Shown: positions 38,387-52,934 of the stretch, one piece after another
Layout: each line of letters starts with the position of its first letter
Position numbering within the stretch: the stretch's first letter is position 1
Origin: Eledone cirrhosa
Lineage: Eukaryota
Reading direction: 5' to 3'
DNA length: 64,000 nucleotides
Assembly (NCBI GenBank): GCA_964016885.1
Contig: CAXHJY010000912.1
Coordinates: 62,001-126,000 of the forward strand
The notes under the pieces: generated by a model
What the model was told of the DNA's origin: nothing
What the model saw: the letters and a program-made list of their open reading frames with translations, nothing else
Databases searched by the model: none
Position numbers and translations under genes: made by a program

Positions 38387-40006
38387 GCAATGAATGAATA
38401 AAGTTTTTGAAATATTATTAAACATTATCCATGTTATTTCTGTAGTCTATTGAATTTAAATTCAAATCTGATTTCATTTTAGTGATAAGAAGTCAGAATA
38501 GAATGGCGAAATTTGTGTAAACACTTTAAAAGCAGAATGTTTGTGCAGATATGCAAAGTGAATATTGAATGTGAATATGAAAAAAATAAAATGTTTTATG
38601 TTTGTTTACTTTAGATATCTGCAGAAACATAACATTCTGTTTTATTGTAATTTCAAAAGGGCACGGAATGGAAACAAAGCAATGGCTGTGTGGTAACAAA
38701 GTTTATTTTGTTAATATGTGGTTCTAGGTTAGAGTGGTAGATTGGCAGAATTGGTAAAGTGTCAGATAAAATGCCACTCCTCCTTCTGGGGTATATAAAA
38801 TTAAGTACCAGTTAAGTGTTTGGATTGATTTATTCAACATTGCCCCCTTTGCCACAAATTTGCTAGGCTTCTGTCTAAATTAGAAACCAATATGTAGTTC
38901 TAGCTTCAATCTCACCATGCAGCTCCTTGGGCAAGCCTTACAGCAGCCAACATTTTGTGGATGATATTTGGTACATGGAAACTAACTGTGTGGATCCCCA
39001 CTGACCATTACACTCTCTAGGGGAGATATGGCAGAGGTTAGTGTGTCAAAGAAAAATTGCTTGAAGTATTTTATTCTGCCTTGGTTACAAGCTTTTATTT
39101 TACATCTAAGACTTTGCCACTCTATGATAAAATTTGAAAGACAGCAAAAATTAGCAAAGTCAAGTGTAGAATAAAATACTTAGTAGTATATGTTCAGGAA
39201 ATCAGCGCTCTGAGCTCAAGTCTTGCTGCAGTCACCTTTGCTTTTGATCCGTTTGGGGGCCAGTAAAGAAAGAATGAACTCACTGCTAGTGCAGCTGTCA
39301 CATCCTGGATGCTATGCTCGATAAAGAGGGCAAGGCTCAAGATGATGCCTGTATCTGATCACAATGACATAGTCACTTAAATTCAGTAACAAAAGCATCG
39401 TATACAATACCAAGTCACCCTCTACCACAAGTAATAGCTATAGTCTTTGTTGTTTAGCTCTAAGTCAGCCTTGATCAAGTAGAGCTATGGTCAAAGACAT
39501 TCAAGATGTGATCCAATATTTTGTATATCTAGATCTATATTATCTATTTAATGTGCCCTTTCCTTTTTTAAAAATTATAGGGTGTGATGTGAGGGAATTT
39601 AGCTGCTATTTCTAACAGGCTGGGCGATGGCATAGACACACAAGTAGCCTGTGGTGGAACAACAACCAATAATACATCTACTATTACTACCACCACCACA
39701 AACATTACAAAACCACATGTAGAATAACATGCACGCATGCATGTTATTCTACATGTGCACATACACACACATACACAAACAAACATGGATTTTAAAAAAT
39801 GCACGCCTGTTCTACAAGCATTCTCTGCAGTGACATCCTTGTCCACAATCATATAAGAAAACCCACATCTTTAATCTTTGGCATTAGATGGTGTTTGAAA
39901 GGGCAATTAAAACAAGCTATGTTTATTTTTCAGTTTCAAGATAAATTATCAGAAGTAAAGACTATAAGTATAGTTCAACATAAGGAAACAATTAACCCCT
40001 CCTTTT

Positions 40007-40040
<34 letters not shown>

Positions 40041-40045
<5 letters not shown>

Positions 40046-40090
40046 CCTGTTGGGCCTATGTATGCTTGTATGTATATGTATGTATGTATG

Positions 40091-40165
<75 letters not shown>

Positions 40166-40188
40166 CATACATTGGCCCAACAGGAAAT
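40041..40188. repeat. 24-bp inverted arms enclosing a TATG/TA microsatellite
   Basis: tatttcctgttgggcc-t-atgtatg / catacat-t-ggcccaacaggaaata. Confidence 0.8.
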
Positions 40189-40348
40189 AATAGACACATA
40201 CACCTATGTATGATGTCTGCAGTGAGTGTAGCAGAAAAAATACATTAAAATCAATCAATGTCACAGGGTAGAATAAATCTTCATACATTCTTTATGCTGA
40301 GATACTCATTGTGATGTCACCATGAAATTAGAGTTTTATTTCGTTATA

Positions 40349-40448
40349 TGAGAGAGAAAGAGAGAGAGAGAGAGGGGGGAGATAGAGAGTGAGAGAGAGC
40401 GAGTGAAGAGAGAGAGAGTGAGAGAGCGAATGAAGAGAGAGAGCGAAT

Positions 40449-40514
<66 letters not shown>

Positions 40515-40804
40515 AAGAGAGAGAGTGGGTGAAGAGAGAAAGTGAAGAAAGGAGAAAAAAATAGAGAGAGAAAACTAGTAAAGAGAATGGAGAGAGAGAA
40601 AGTGAAGAGAATGGAGAGAAAGAAAGTGAAGAGAGTGGAGGTGAAGAGAGTGGAGAGAAAGAGAGTGGAGAGAGAGAGAACGGGTGGAGAGAGTGAGAGT
40701 GAAGACAGCGTAGAGAGGGTGGAGAGAGAGGGGTGGAGAAGGAGATAGATATAGGGATAGAGATAGCAGGAGAGATAAAGAGTGAGGAGAGGAGAGAAAG
40801 AGAG
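40349..40804. repeat. Polypurine (GA-rich) degenerate repeat tract
   Basis: (GA)n with recurring gtgaagaga/gtggagaga units. Confidence 0.95.
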
Positions 40805-42149
40805 TACACACCCACATAAACAGGTTCTTGCAATAATTACAGCAACAAATTGCATAATAACACATTGATTGATGCAGTTTAAAATAAAATAAAAAAGATC
40901 TGCTTTCGTACAAGACTTGGCATAGTGTCAAAATTACACAATTCAATACTGAAAACTATGAATAATTATACCAAAATTGGTACAGCATTTACTGAGTATT
41001 AAATAAATCTTTGCTGAGTTTACAGTAAATTTTACAACACTGACTGAATACAGATCAATGAGATTATGCTAGTTCAAGGTAGACGCATATATATATATAT
41101 ATAAGGACTATAACATGCGTCATTACTCAATAAATATAGTGAAGACCTAACAAATCGTCCTTTGTATTATTAGTATATATACATATATAAAGCAAAGTTT
41201 TTGATTGTTGTGGAAGAGGTTGATAAATATGACAAATACCAATAATTTTGGTTGAATATATATAACTTTACTTCACTTCAGCAACAAGGAAAAAAATATG
41301 ATTACGTCAAATAGTAAATATAAAGTTTGATGATAGTATTCACAAATAAATATAGTGTTCAAAAAGGCTTCTGTGTTGTGCTGGAATCTCCTTGTTTAAT
41401 ATGTGATGTCTGATTAAAAAGTGACAAGATGTTCCTCATAAAAGAGGCTTTCAGTATTAAGCTCATCACCCATCTGGTCAGCGGCACTGAACTACTGATG
41501 GAATCAGAAGAGCACCATTGTAGAACCACAGCATTGTGTTGGGAATTTTAAACTGGGCAAAGTCAATCCCTCTCCAGGTTTGAGCACAGCCAATTAATTC
41601 CAGAAAAACAGGTGGGGAGAAGATAAACCACTTAATCGACCTCGAAAGGAAGAAAGGCAATGTAGATTTCAGTGGGATTGGAGCCCAGATTGCAGAGAGC
41701 TGAAACAAATGCTACAAAACATTTTATCTAATGTTCTAATGACTCTGCCAATTCAGTCTCCACTGATGCAAAAAAATACTTGAACACATCAATCAGTGTT
41801 GTATACTTGAGTCACTGGGTGTTTTAGGTCTCACAACAAAACACCCTCATTCAGGTAATTCTACAAGGGTTGATCGAAACCTCAATACTGAAACCAGTTT
41901 TTTAAAACGATGATGATGGTGATGATGATGACTACATTAGAACAAGGCCAGAAATGTTGCAGCTTGACTGCAAGAATGAAAAGAAAAGTTGACCTTGGTG
42001 GGATCTGAACTTAGAACATAAAGACTCACAATGAATGCCATCAAAAAGAAGGACTGGTGTCAGGAAGGACATGCAGTTATAGAATACTGTCTCACTACTT
42101 CCTCACCATGGAAAAAGCAAATGTAAAAAAAACCATGATGATGGTGATT

Positions 42150-42540
42150 CAGTATCAGTAGGTTGCCAGACATGTTGTGAAGCATAGAGTTATGGCCCTT
42201 TAGGTTCTAAGTTCAAATCCTGCCGAGGTTAGCTTTGCTTTTCATACTTATGGGGTCATTAAAATAAAGTACCTGTAATGCACTGGGGTCGATTTAATCA
42301 ACTTTTCCCTCTCCTCAAACTGCTAGCCTTGTGCCTAAATCTGAAACTATTATTATTATTATTGGTGGATTGGCAGTATCGGTAGAGCATCAGACACCAT
42401 GCTTTACAGCATCGAGTTATGGCCATTAACGTTCTGAGTTCAAATCCTGTCAAGGTTAGCTTTGCCTTTCATCCTTCAAGGGTCGATAAAATAAAGCACC
42501 AGTAATACACTGGCCTTGTATCTATAGTAGAAACCATTAT
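42150..42540 (+). mobile_element. Two head-to-tail SINE family A copies
   Basis: Two B boxes (gttcaaatcctg) and two cores separated by (tat)n. Confidence 0.8.
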
Positions 42541-43850
42541 TACCATTGGTGGTGGTATTAGTAGTAGTAGTAGTATCAGCAACATATCTCTTTTATTGGC
42601 CGAAAGGGGGTACAAAATTGGGGACAATACCAGAACAAAAAGAAACAAACAAAAGGAAAACAGTAGATTTAACACAAATGTTTAAAAGCCTTGTATGTAT
42701 GTAGTAGGTGCAGTATTTAATTGCTGTGCTAACGTTTAGCTGACAATGGTTTTATTACTCAAGTACACACAGTACTATATATAATATAGCTACAGGAGAT
42801 GCTGTGCTGTATGGATGATACAGTAAAACAGTGTCAGTTGTCTTGACAAGCAATTCGATATCCTTGAAAGCAAAGACTAATTGTTATCTTCTTTTGTAAT
42901 AAGCAGGATGAGCATTATAGAAAGTAACACTAACCAAACAGAAAATAACAATAATAATAATAAATTTAGTCCCCATTCATTATACAAACAATAGTGTGTG
43001 TGTGCGTGCGTGTGCGTGTGCGTGTGTGTGTGTGTGTGCGCGTGCGCGTGTGTTCTAAACTTATGTAATTAATGAAGCAATTACTCAGAACGTGTTATTG
43101 AAATATAATTTAAAATTAGACATACACTCACACAGATATATATATAAACAGAGATAAACACACAAATATTAATGTATACATATACACACATACATATAGT
43201 GATACACACACTCACACAATGATACATATGCATACACCCATACAAAAGAAAATACAAGTCAATAAATGAGACTTTTATATGGCCACTTGAACGGCTAGAA
43301 ATAGCAGTTAAATTTCCCTTAAATCATGTGCTACACCTAGTTATGGTTATCACCTATTTAAGTGTGAGCCATACATAACACAGGAGGTTTCGTGGGTGTG
43401 TTGCAATGGTAGAGGTGCCCCAGTCCTTATCTATCATGTTAGCATTTATTTCCAATGACAGGAGACAAGAATTGAATCGAGAATGCACCAAACGGGAACA
43501 GATATGACAAAGCATAAGATGTGGAACTCCAAAAATGTTACCAAATTCATCATATACATTGGATAATTAGGTCATTAATTTTCAGTTGATTGGAAATTAC
43601 TGTGTAATGAAATAAAACAGTCTTTATTTATTATTTTGTGGGCTTTCTCCATGAGTGACCCTTGGAGGTATACCCACTTTGAGGGAATTTGTTGTTTTGA
43701 TATTTTTTAAATGTTTATTTTTCTAGTCTTCATTATAAACCTTTCTTTCACACAAACAAAACCTACACTATACTATCCTATACCATCTTTATTGTCCTCT
43801 TAATGTAGGGCCCTGTGTGGCTAATAAAGAAATCATTATTATAATTTTAA

Positions 43851-44370
43851 GGGTGGTGGATTGGCAGAATCAGTAGAGTGTCGGACATCATACTTTGCAG
43901 CATAGAGTTAAGGCCCTCTACGGTCTGAGTTCTAATCCTGCTGGGGTTAATTTTGCTTTTTGTCCTTGTGGGGTCAATAAAATAAAGTACCAGTAACACA
44001 CTCGGGGTCAATTTAATCGACTTTCCCCTCTCCCCAAAATTTGGGCCTTGTGCCTATGGTAGAAATCATTAGTATCATTAATTCAGCCAAGGTTAACTTT
44101 GCCTTTCATCCTTACGGGGTCGATAAAATAAAGTACCAGTAATGCACTGGGATAATTACTGACTTGTGCCAAAATAGAAACAATTATCATTATTATTAGT
44201 TATTGTTATTGTTTTTGTTGTTATTATTATATTGGCAATATCGGTAGAGCATCAGAAAACATGCTTTGCGGCATAGGGCATGGTTCTTTACATTCTGAGT
44301 TCCAATCCCGCCAAGGTTAGCTTACAGGGTCAATGCAATAAGGCACCAGTAACGCAGTGGGGTTGATTTG
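43851..44370 (+). mobile_element. Three tandem SINE family A copies
   Basis: Repeated heads or cores at 43851, 44085 and 44232. Confidence 0.8.
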
Positions 44371-44380
44371 GGACACCATG

Positions 44381-44934
44381 CTCTCTATATCTTACCATTA
44401 CAAATATTCAAGGCTAGGTTTCCAACTTGAGGATACCTACCTCTCTACATCTTACCATTACAAATATTCAAGGCTAGGTTTCTAACTTGAGGATACCTAC
44501 CTCTCTACATCTTACCATTACAAATATTCAAGGCTAGGTTTCTAACTTGAGGATACCTACCTCTCTACATCTTACCATTACAAATATTCAAGGCTAGGTT
44601 TCCAACTTGAGGATACCTACCTCTCTACATCTTACCATTACAAATATTCAAGGCTAGGTTTCCAACTTGAGGATACCTACCTCTCTACATCTTACCATTA
44701 CAAATATTCAAGGCTAGGTTTCTAACTTGAGGATACCTACCTCTCTACATCTTACCATTACAAATATTCAAGGCTAGGTTTCTAACTTGAGGATACCTAC
44801 CTCTCTACATCTTACCATTACAAATATTCAAGGCTAGGTTTCCAACTTGAGGATACCTATCTCTCTACATCTTACCATTACAAATATTCAAGGCTAGGTT
44901 TCTAACATGAAGATACCTACCTCTCTACATCTTA
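44381..44934. repeat. 60-bp minisatellite, 9.2 near-identical copies
   Basis: Unit ctctctacatcttaccattacaaatattcaaggctaggtttcYaacttgaggatacctac. Confidence 0.98.
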
Positions 44935-47900
44935 TCTGTTGTGGAGACCTAGAAATAGGTCATGGGCACTGGCCTTCCCACCCTAATTATAACAGTTTTA
45001 AAAAATAATAATTCATAAAATATTAACGAAGTAAAATTAAAAATACTAACAAGTTCAATTAACATTTCCACATTATTTTCTGATCTGAAGAACACACGTG
45101 CGCACAACCATTGCACATAAAAACCTGAAATGATGCACTGTAAGCATGCATACAGTGCTATTCCTTTTGTATATCTTTAGAAGGTTTAACTAATTTAAAC
45201 TTTAAAAATCACAGGCGAAGTTTTCCAATGATAAAACAAATAATAATAATAAAGACTATGAGTATTATTTCATTACAGGTAATTTCCAATCAACTGAATT
45301 AATGGCCTAATTATACTGTAAACAACAATCAAAATTCAATTTCTTAAATTAAAAAAAAAAAGCATTTAAAAATATTTCTCTAAAATTCAAAACCACCTTA
45401 AATTATGTTACCATATATAAATTACACAGTATTTAATGAAAGAAAACAGATTGTTGCCTTGAGTTAGGTATTAAAAATAAACATTGTAAACATCATCTAC
45501 ATAAATTAGTTCAAATTGAGAAATTATTTCCCCCCCCCCCTCCCCTTTTTTGTTTCTTTGTATGAACATGATTAGTTTAATATATATTCGTTTAAAAATC
45601 ACACACATACACACACCAATTTATACAGGCACTAAAGAAAAACAAGATTTCTTTTCAAATATATAGAATATCTAACTAAATATGATTAAATATATTAAAG
45701 AATCCATCTAAATTAATTCAAGACATAAATGCTGGAAAAGCATTATACACACATGATTATATATAACTACTGCCGCCATCACTCACAATCAAGTATGACT
45801 TGGTAGTGTGTACCATGCTTTCACTAAGAGTTTGCATTGCCTATGCAGTTTGTGAGTAGACACCTTTTCAACCTTCCCATCTTTGATCCAATGAAACATT
45901 AAGAATGTGGTAGCTAGAAAGGAAGATGTCTGCACCTGCACTAGACTAGTCTTTTTTTTTTTTTATTGGCCCTAGAGGGATATATGGCAAATGAAATTAA
46001 CCTAGGATAGGGCTTGAACTGAGAACAAATATTCAACACTCTTATGACTTCGCCAAATTGACCACCCATATGTGGGTTTGAGCAGTTTGTGTCAGAAAAG
46101 ACAACTGGCTGTAAAACATTGTCTCAAAAAGTCTCATCTAACTCATGTCTGCATGGTAAACTCCATATAAAAATGGTGCTGATGATGATATATTACACAC
46201 ACACACTATCATCATCATCATCATCGTTTAACAACTATTTTTCATGATTGCATGGGTTAGATAACTAAAACATTCTGAGGACAGACTTGTCAGGTGCTTA
46301 GCTCCTTCTAGTATGCTTTGTTCTGGCTTGATTTCTATGGTCGGATGCACTTTACAGCATATACTGAGAGCATAGTTTCTACAGCTGTATGAATGTATAT
46401 ATGTGTTTGTCTCTGTGTGTGTGAGTCTGTAATCTTACATGAAATATCAAATGCATTTTGAATAAATAATGAAAGATTCAGATGTGGTTGTGAAGTGTAA
46501 TTATTATAAAGAGTCTCCATTGGTCTGTTCTGATCATGTGATGGTGTTGAATGGTCAGTGACCAGTGTTTCTTGGTTGCTGACCACCACAAAAAAGTTAG
46601 GCAGCCTGGTGTAATTAAATAAATGCCATATTAACTAATTTCAAGCCACTGATTCTTGCCACCCAACAAAGATCACCATAGCCCCACCTGACACATTTGG
46701 TGGTGGGGCACATACATGTATACCTAAATGGAAGGATGCCTGTATTAATCACACAGTGACATCAGACATGTAGACATCAGAGGTGAGATGGATTTTGTCA
46801 GTCTGCCTTGCAACTAATCTCAGAATGACCAATGTCTTATAAGTGAATGTGGTAGATAGTATGTGTGAGGAAATAAGTTGTGTATATGCATGTCAGTTGC
46901 CACAAGTGCTTTTATATTTACACTGTTTACATACCCACCTTCAAAATATGGAGTATAGGTTGGCATAAAGAAGGGCGGCATCCAGGAACCATATTGATAT
47001 ACAGAGTTTCTAGGACATTTTAAAACCTGGCAGAGACCATCTCCTCTCCAGATCTGAATACAGTAGTAAGATATATATATAGAGAGAGAAAGGAAGTGAG
47101 AAAGATATATAGTGAAAGAATCAACCCCAGTACTAGACTGGTACTATTTTTATCGGCCTGAAATGGATGAAAGGCAAAGCTGACTTCGGCATGATTTGAA
47201 CTCAGAGAGCAGAGAGTCAGAACAAATACAGCAGAGCATTCTATCTGATGTTCTAACAACTCTGCCAATTCACTGCCTCCCAGAGATATAAAAACTGCCT
47301 AAAAAAAAGTGTAGTCCAATCCATGCCAGCATGGAAAAGTAACTGGACTAAATAGATGTAAAACCGATGATGACAATGGTGTTGGTGGTGGTGATGATAA
47401 CGATGAGGTAGAGGAGGAGGAAAGAAGAGTTAATAATATTAAACTGGAAAAAAATGAAGATCTTTTAGGATTTTAATTATATTTATCTATCTATAAATAG
47501 GAGTTTAAGTGTTTTAAGTCAGTAATTTACCTGTTGTCAGAGACAAGGTGTGTGTGTGTATGAAAGAGAGAACAAGATAGAAACATGAAGACAGCTGTGA
47601 ATGATGTGAAAATCTTAGATATCTGTGTGTGTTGTTACATCATGACATTAAACATTGTCTTAAAGGGCTTGTGAATGAATGCCATTGTGTTGTAAATCAA
47701 CATGTTGGCTATGTGAGTCAAATCAGAAATGATAGGCATAGCAATCTTATTATTTATGTCAAGTCTAAGGCCAGCCAGCAGTTATTGTTAGAGTTCCACT
47801 GCTGCTGTCATCACCAACACAACACTTGCTGCTGTTGCTGCTGTATTATCAACCTAAACAACCATTGTGCTTGTTACAGTCATTGTAGGTATTAAAGCAT

Positions 47901-48249
47901 ACTATTGAGAGAGAGAAAGATAGATAGATAGGGAAGGGATTGAGGGGGGAAAGATAGGGAGAAGGGGGGGATATATAGGAGAAGGGGAGGGAGTGTGCGT
48001 GGGGGGGGGGCGGGAGAAAGAGAGAGAGAGAGAAGAGGTGATCTGATACTAAATAATAAGTTGATAGAAATTAGTTTATGCTTATATGCTGCCATGGACC
48101 AGCTGCAGGCAAAATTTTTCATGGAATCTGTCAAATCAACAAGCCAGCTTATCAAAGTTGAAGGAGGTGGAAAAGGAAATACAAGAAGTAGAAAGAGTAG
48201 AAGGGTAACTAATGTCAAACATACATATACTAAATAAATAAATTAATAA

Positions 48250-48745
48250 TAATTGTTTCTACATTTGGCACAAGGCCAACAATTATCCAGTGTATTACTG
48301 GTACTTTATTTTATCGACCCCGAAAGGATGAAAGGCAAAGTTAACCTCGGTGGGATTTGAACTCAGCTCTGATTTAGGCACAAGGCCAACAATTTCAGGA
48401 GGAGGGGAAGTCGATTAAATCGATCCCAGTGTACTAGTACTTTATTATAGACCCACCCCGTGAGGATGAAAGGTAAAGTTAACCTCAGCAGGATTTGAAA
48501 TCAGAATATTAAGGGTAGTAACTCCATGTCACAAACCATGGTGTCTGACAGATGCTCTACTTATACTGCCAACAATTTGGAGTAAAAAGGGACTGTTGGT
48601 TGAATTGAGTCCAGTACTTGGCTGGTGCTTTGTTTTTTTTGACCCTGGATAGATGAAAGGTAAAGTTGACCTCAGTATTAAAGAGTCAGAACAAATACCA
48701 CAAGGCATTTGTTTGGTGCTCTACCAATTCTGAAAATCCTGCTTG
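48250..48745 (-). mobile_element. Three tandem SINE family A copies
   Basis: gatgaaagg.aaagtt.acctc repeated at about 48327, 48465 and 48652. Confidence 0.8.
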
Positions 48746-49004
48746 GTGATGACGGCTACAGATGCAGCAAATGAACCCATAGCTTTGTTTCTTCTCTGTA
48801 TGAAATCTTTTGCCAAATATTTTCATCAATAAAATCATACATATGAATGGATGATATGAATCTATTATTTTAGAGATGGCGATCGATTGGCTGTACTAGT
48901 AGAGTGGTGGGCAAAATGCTTTGTGGATTTATTTACGACGGTCTACATTCAAAGTTCAAATACTGCCGAGGTCAACTTTGCCTTTCAATTTTACTTTACA
49001 TTAT

Positions 49005-49250
49005 TCCTTCTTCTTCGCCCACTTATTTCTGAGAAGGTCATGGGGGCAAAGTCTTGAAACTATTTCCAGCGGGTCCTGTCAAAAGCAACCGTCTCAAACT
49101 GATCTGGCCGGATCCTGAAGCGTGACAAGCAGAGCAGAGTTCATGGACATTATCCAACCATCTTGCTCTGGGTCTTCCCCTGGGTCTCTTGCCGGTTGGT
49201 TTTGCCCGTAAAATCTGTCCAATGATTCTTGCCTGAGACATTCTAATCCA
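49005..49250 (-). mobile_element. RTE-like LINE 3' fragment
   Basis: RMSQARIIGQILRAKPTGKRPRGRPRARWLDNV, typical of the C-terminus of RTE-clade RTs. Confidence 0.7.
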
Positions 49251-49479
49251 GGATTGAAAATATAAATATTTCATGCATAAGTGAAGGAATGGCTGTGTGG
49301 TTAAAGAAGTCTGTTTCATAACCATATTGTTTCAAATTTGATTCCACTACTTGCCACCTTGGCTAAGTATCTTCTACTATAATCTCAGGGCAACCAATGT
49401 CTTTGGGGTGTATTTGGTAAATGGAATATATACAGAAAACAATTGTGTGTGTATCTGTCCCCACGTGTCATAGCACCAT

Positions 49480-49708
49480 TTAACCCTTTAGCATTTAAAC
49501 CGGCCATATCCAACCAGAATTCTCTCACCTCATTTTGTTCAAACCAGCCATAACTGACCACTCATACTGATGTTAAGGTGCTGTTCTCAAAATAAAAGAT
49601 ATCAAAACCTCATAGATTCGATATTATGTGAGATAATAATGTGAGATGAAGTGTTTACCATAAAAATACAATAGTAAATATAGGGTAATGTAAATGTTAA
49701 AGGGTTAA
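49480..49708. mobile_element. piggyBac-type MITE family 1
   Basis: TTAA-ccctttagcattta ... taaatgttaaaggg-TTAA. Confidence 0.85.
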
Positions 49709-49959
49709 GCAAGTAATATTCTTGCATAGAGAATATTTTCTATAGCTTAAAGGTTCAGCAATTATCAGCAGTATAAGGACCATACTTGAAAATATAGTAT
49801 AGGTCGGCATGGAAAAGAACATACAGCCATAAAACACTGTCTCAAAAAGTCTTGTCCAATCCATGCCTGCATCAAAAAGCTTGGATGTACTAAACAAGCT
49901 TGATTAAATTAACTACACTTTTCTCTTTCAAATGTATATGGCCTTGCGCCAGCTTAGAA

Positions 49960-49990
<31 letters not shown>

Positions 49991-52714
49991 ATACTGTCAT
50001 AACACAATGTGTTGCTGATCTATTTATCTACAACCTTTCAACAAATGTTTTTAAGAAAACATAGTTACATGGCCCATGTCAATGGTGGTATTGGTGTTAG
50101 TTTCATTCACCACTGCTGCTGCCATCACCATCACCACTACTACAATAAAAAGCCAGCTTTCAAATGATAAAAAGACTGATAAGAAAGACTAAGAGTTTTT
50201 TGGAGTTTTTTGTTTCTTTTTGGTTGGTCATATAATGACAAACAAAAACACAAGAGAATATGCAGAACCTACCCGGTTTTCCCCCCATCTGTATAAAAAA
50301 AAAAAAAAAAAAAATAACAGTAGCTGCCAAAATAGCTAAACCATACATGCCTCCCTTTAAAACAACAAACTCTACTCTCTTTGGTTACATTGCTGCTTTG
50401 AAAGGGGGAAAAGTATCCAAACAGTGACTTGAAATTTTAAAAATGTTCATTAGAAAAGAAAGGGAAGAAAAACCCCTAAAAGGATGGAAGAAAGAAAAAA
50501 GAAAAATAATAAGAAGGGTATTGGAGTCTTAATGAAGGAGCTCTTTAATAAAATTGGGTTAGTTCAATTTGCACACGCTTGAATATTTAGGCTGTACTTT
50601 AAATTATCATATTAAATTTCTAGAAAGAAAAAAGAAAGAAAATGACACCTTAAAAAAGTGGTTCACAAAACCTTTTAACTAATAGTGACCCCTTTTCCTT
50701 AAAATAAATTTTCCTGGGCCTCTACCCAAGAACAGTGGTAATCCACAACCTAATTATCCACTACCAAGGATCCTTTTTATTAAAATCGATTTCCCAGGCA
50801 CCACTTATAGTTCACAGAACCTTTTCTCTACCAAAGACCCCTTTCAATACAAGCCTCCTAGAACCCTTGTTATGCAGTGAGAACAATTGAAAGAAAATTG
50901 TTTATAGTTAGGAAAGAAACAGTATCCTATAACGTGTGCATTTTATGTTTTTAACAAAGTACTTGAGATTTTGAACTTAGCTCACAGACCCATAGTACCA
51001 CCTTTGCAGACACCCAAGAGTCTAGAGTCCGTAGACCCCAGGTTTGGATCTATTGTCATAGAATAGTGTTCTAAAGGACAAAATAATAAGTTATGTGACC
51101 TAAAGGAGCTCCCTTTTACATTCTTTTATTAACTTTTCATTCTTTTTTAGAAGGAAGTGGGGTAGCATCAGACTTCTTATGACAACATTTGATGGTGATA
51201 GCCAGAACCCCCACCCTCAAAGAAAAACAAACCCAAACACACATATTTTGATGATCTGAAGTCCTTTAGATGTGGCCATGTGTATGTAGAATGAAGAGCC
51301 TTCAAAGGATTAACAACTTAATGAAATCCATAATCCTTTAAAAGATATGTATCTTCTGATCTGCCATGGTATGTCATCAAATGAAAGGGAGGGAGATAGA
51401 CCTTTTGTTATGCGTGTGTGCGAATATTTTTCTTCTTATTTGACTATACTCTATAAGCAAACAAACATCAAAAGTACAGTTTGGATAAATGCCAGCACAT
51501 GCTACAAACTTCACTTTTTTGTTATTGTACTTCCTCAGGATTCCACACAGAAACAGTAGCACTCGCGGTGACTTTAGTTAGTTGAGAAAAACAACTTTGG
51601 AGTTATATACTACAGATAACAAGGTGTGGTTTTTGTTCAGCAAGTCAATGTTTGTGATTGATCATCATCATCACCACCATATGTTTGTTTTCCATGTTAG
51701 CAGGTAACATTCCCTCTATTTTTTTCCAACCACTGAGTGGAACCTTTGATGCTTTGAACAAAAACATTTTTAAATTCAAAGCTACGGCATGGCACCAATA
51801 GAATGACTGCATGGCTGTGCACCTGCACAGCTTAAAGGAAGGTCATTACATTCTAGCCAGTTCTTATTTAAAGTTACTGATCTCCTAGACAGGTTTTAGG
51901 ATATCTTAATCCAAATGTGTGATTTTTGGCATGGTTCCTAACACCAACCAACACATGGCTGGTGTTGGGTGTGTTTTATCATGGCAACAACACAAGAGAG
52001 GGTATCTTGCTCATTGCAAAGTTATAAAATGCTCTCCACTCTACATTAATATCAACGGGGTCGATAAAATAAAGCACCAGTAATGCACTGGGATAATTGC
52101 TGGCCTTGTGCCAAAAGACAAACTTGATTCATAGTGTAACTAAAAAGGAAGTGATAATGAAAAGAGTAAAAAAGGACAGAATTAGTATGTATGTTACAAT
52201 TTTTCACAATAGTAAAATATATCATTTTCCAGTAGTAAAGATATTATAAACATTTGTATTAACAAATCTGTATTTTTGTTAATATTTCCTGTTAAATCCT
52301 TGCAAAGAGTTAAATTTTGATGTCAATTATATTAGACATTGGCACTTAAAATACTTAATATATTTTCATGACATTTTAATCTTATATATATACACACACA
52401 CACTCTCTCTCTCTCTCTCTCTCAATGTTCTTTTCAATTAAGGTAAGATTTATAACCCTATTAGAACTTGATGTAGTCTTGATGTGAATATACCATAGAA
52501 GCAAAAAGAAATTTGTTTTGTTTTTTTTTCTGAAAAAGTGGTATCTTATTACATATCATTGAGTATTCAAAAACTACTGTCAGTTATATAATGTTGAACA
52601 ATGAAAACAAATAAGACAAGGTTTAGTTGTGAATTAAACCATTGTTTTAAGATTGCTCCAGCTTCTGAAACGATCATAAAACAATGAATTAATTAACTAC
52701 TAAACCCCATCTTA

Positions 52715-52925
52715 TGTGTTTCATTGTTCAAAACCATGGATGCACATATAAATTTTGAAGTTGAGCACCCAGATATCACAGGATCCCTCTCTCTACTCGA
52801 CTTTACACTAAGAATCTCAAAGAAGGGAGCAATATGCACTAAATTTTGCAGAAAGGATGCCTACAGGGACATATTTCAATACCACAACTCTGCCTTTCTC
52901 TACAGAACCAAAATGACCAATGTAT
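52715..52925 (+). pseudogene. PLE-type RT fragment (motif E/thumb region)
   Basis: HINFEVEHPDITGSLSLLDFTL...FCRKDAYRDIF..HNSA parallels TIDFP..LPVLD...YAKP...NSA in ORF 8752-10380. Confidence 0.55.
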
Positions 52926-52934
52926 GTAATGAAT

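Larger units (their letters stand above)
43555..45320. mobile_element. Putative decayed DNA transposon delimited by inverted repeats of about 85 bp, with nested SINEs and a minisatellite
   Basis: ataattaggtcattaattttcagttgattggaaattac..gtaatgaaa versus tttcattacaggtaatttccaatcaactgaattaatggcctaattatactgta. Confidence 0.5.

Noticed and set aside
40328-40946. Ser/Leu-rich ORFs
   Set aside because: Translations of a GA-rich simple repeat.
44381-44934. CRISPR-like regular array
   Set aside because: Units are contiguous and near-identical with no unique spacers, no cas genes, eukaryotic context.
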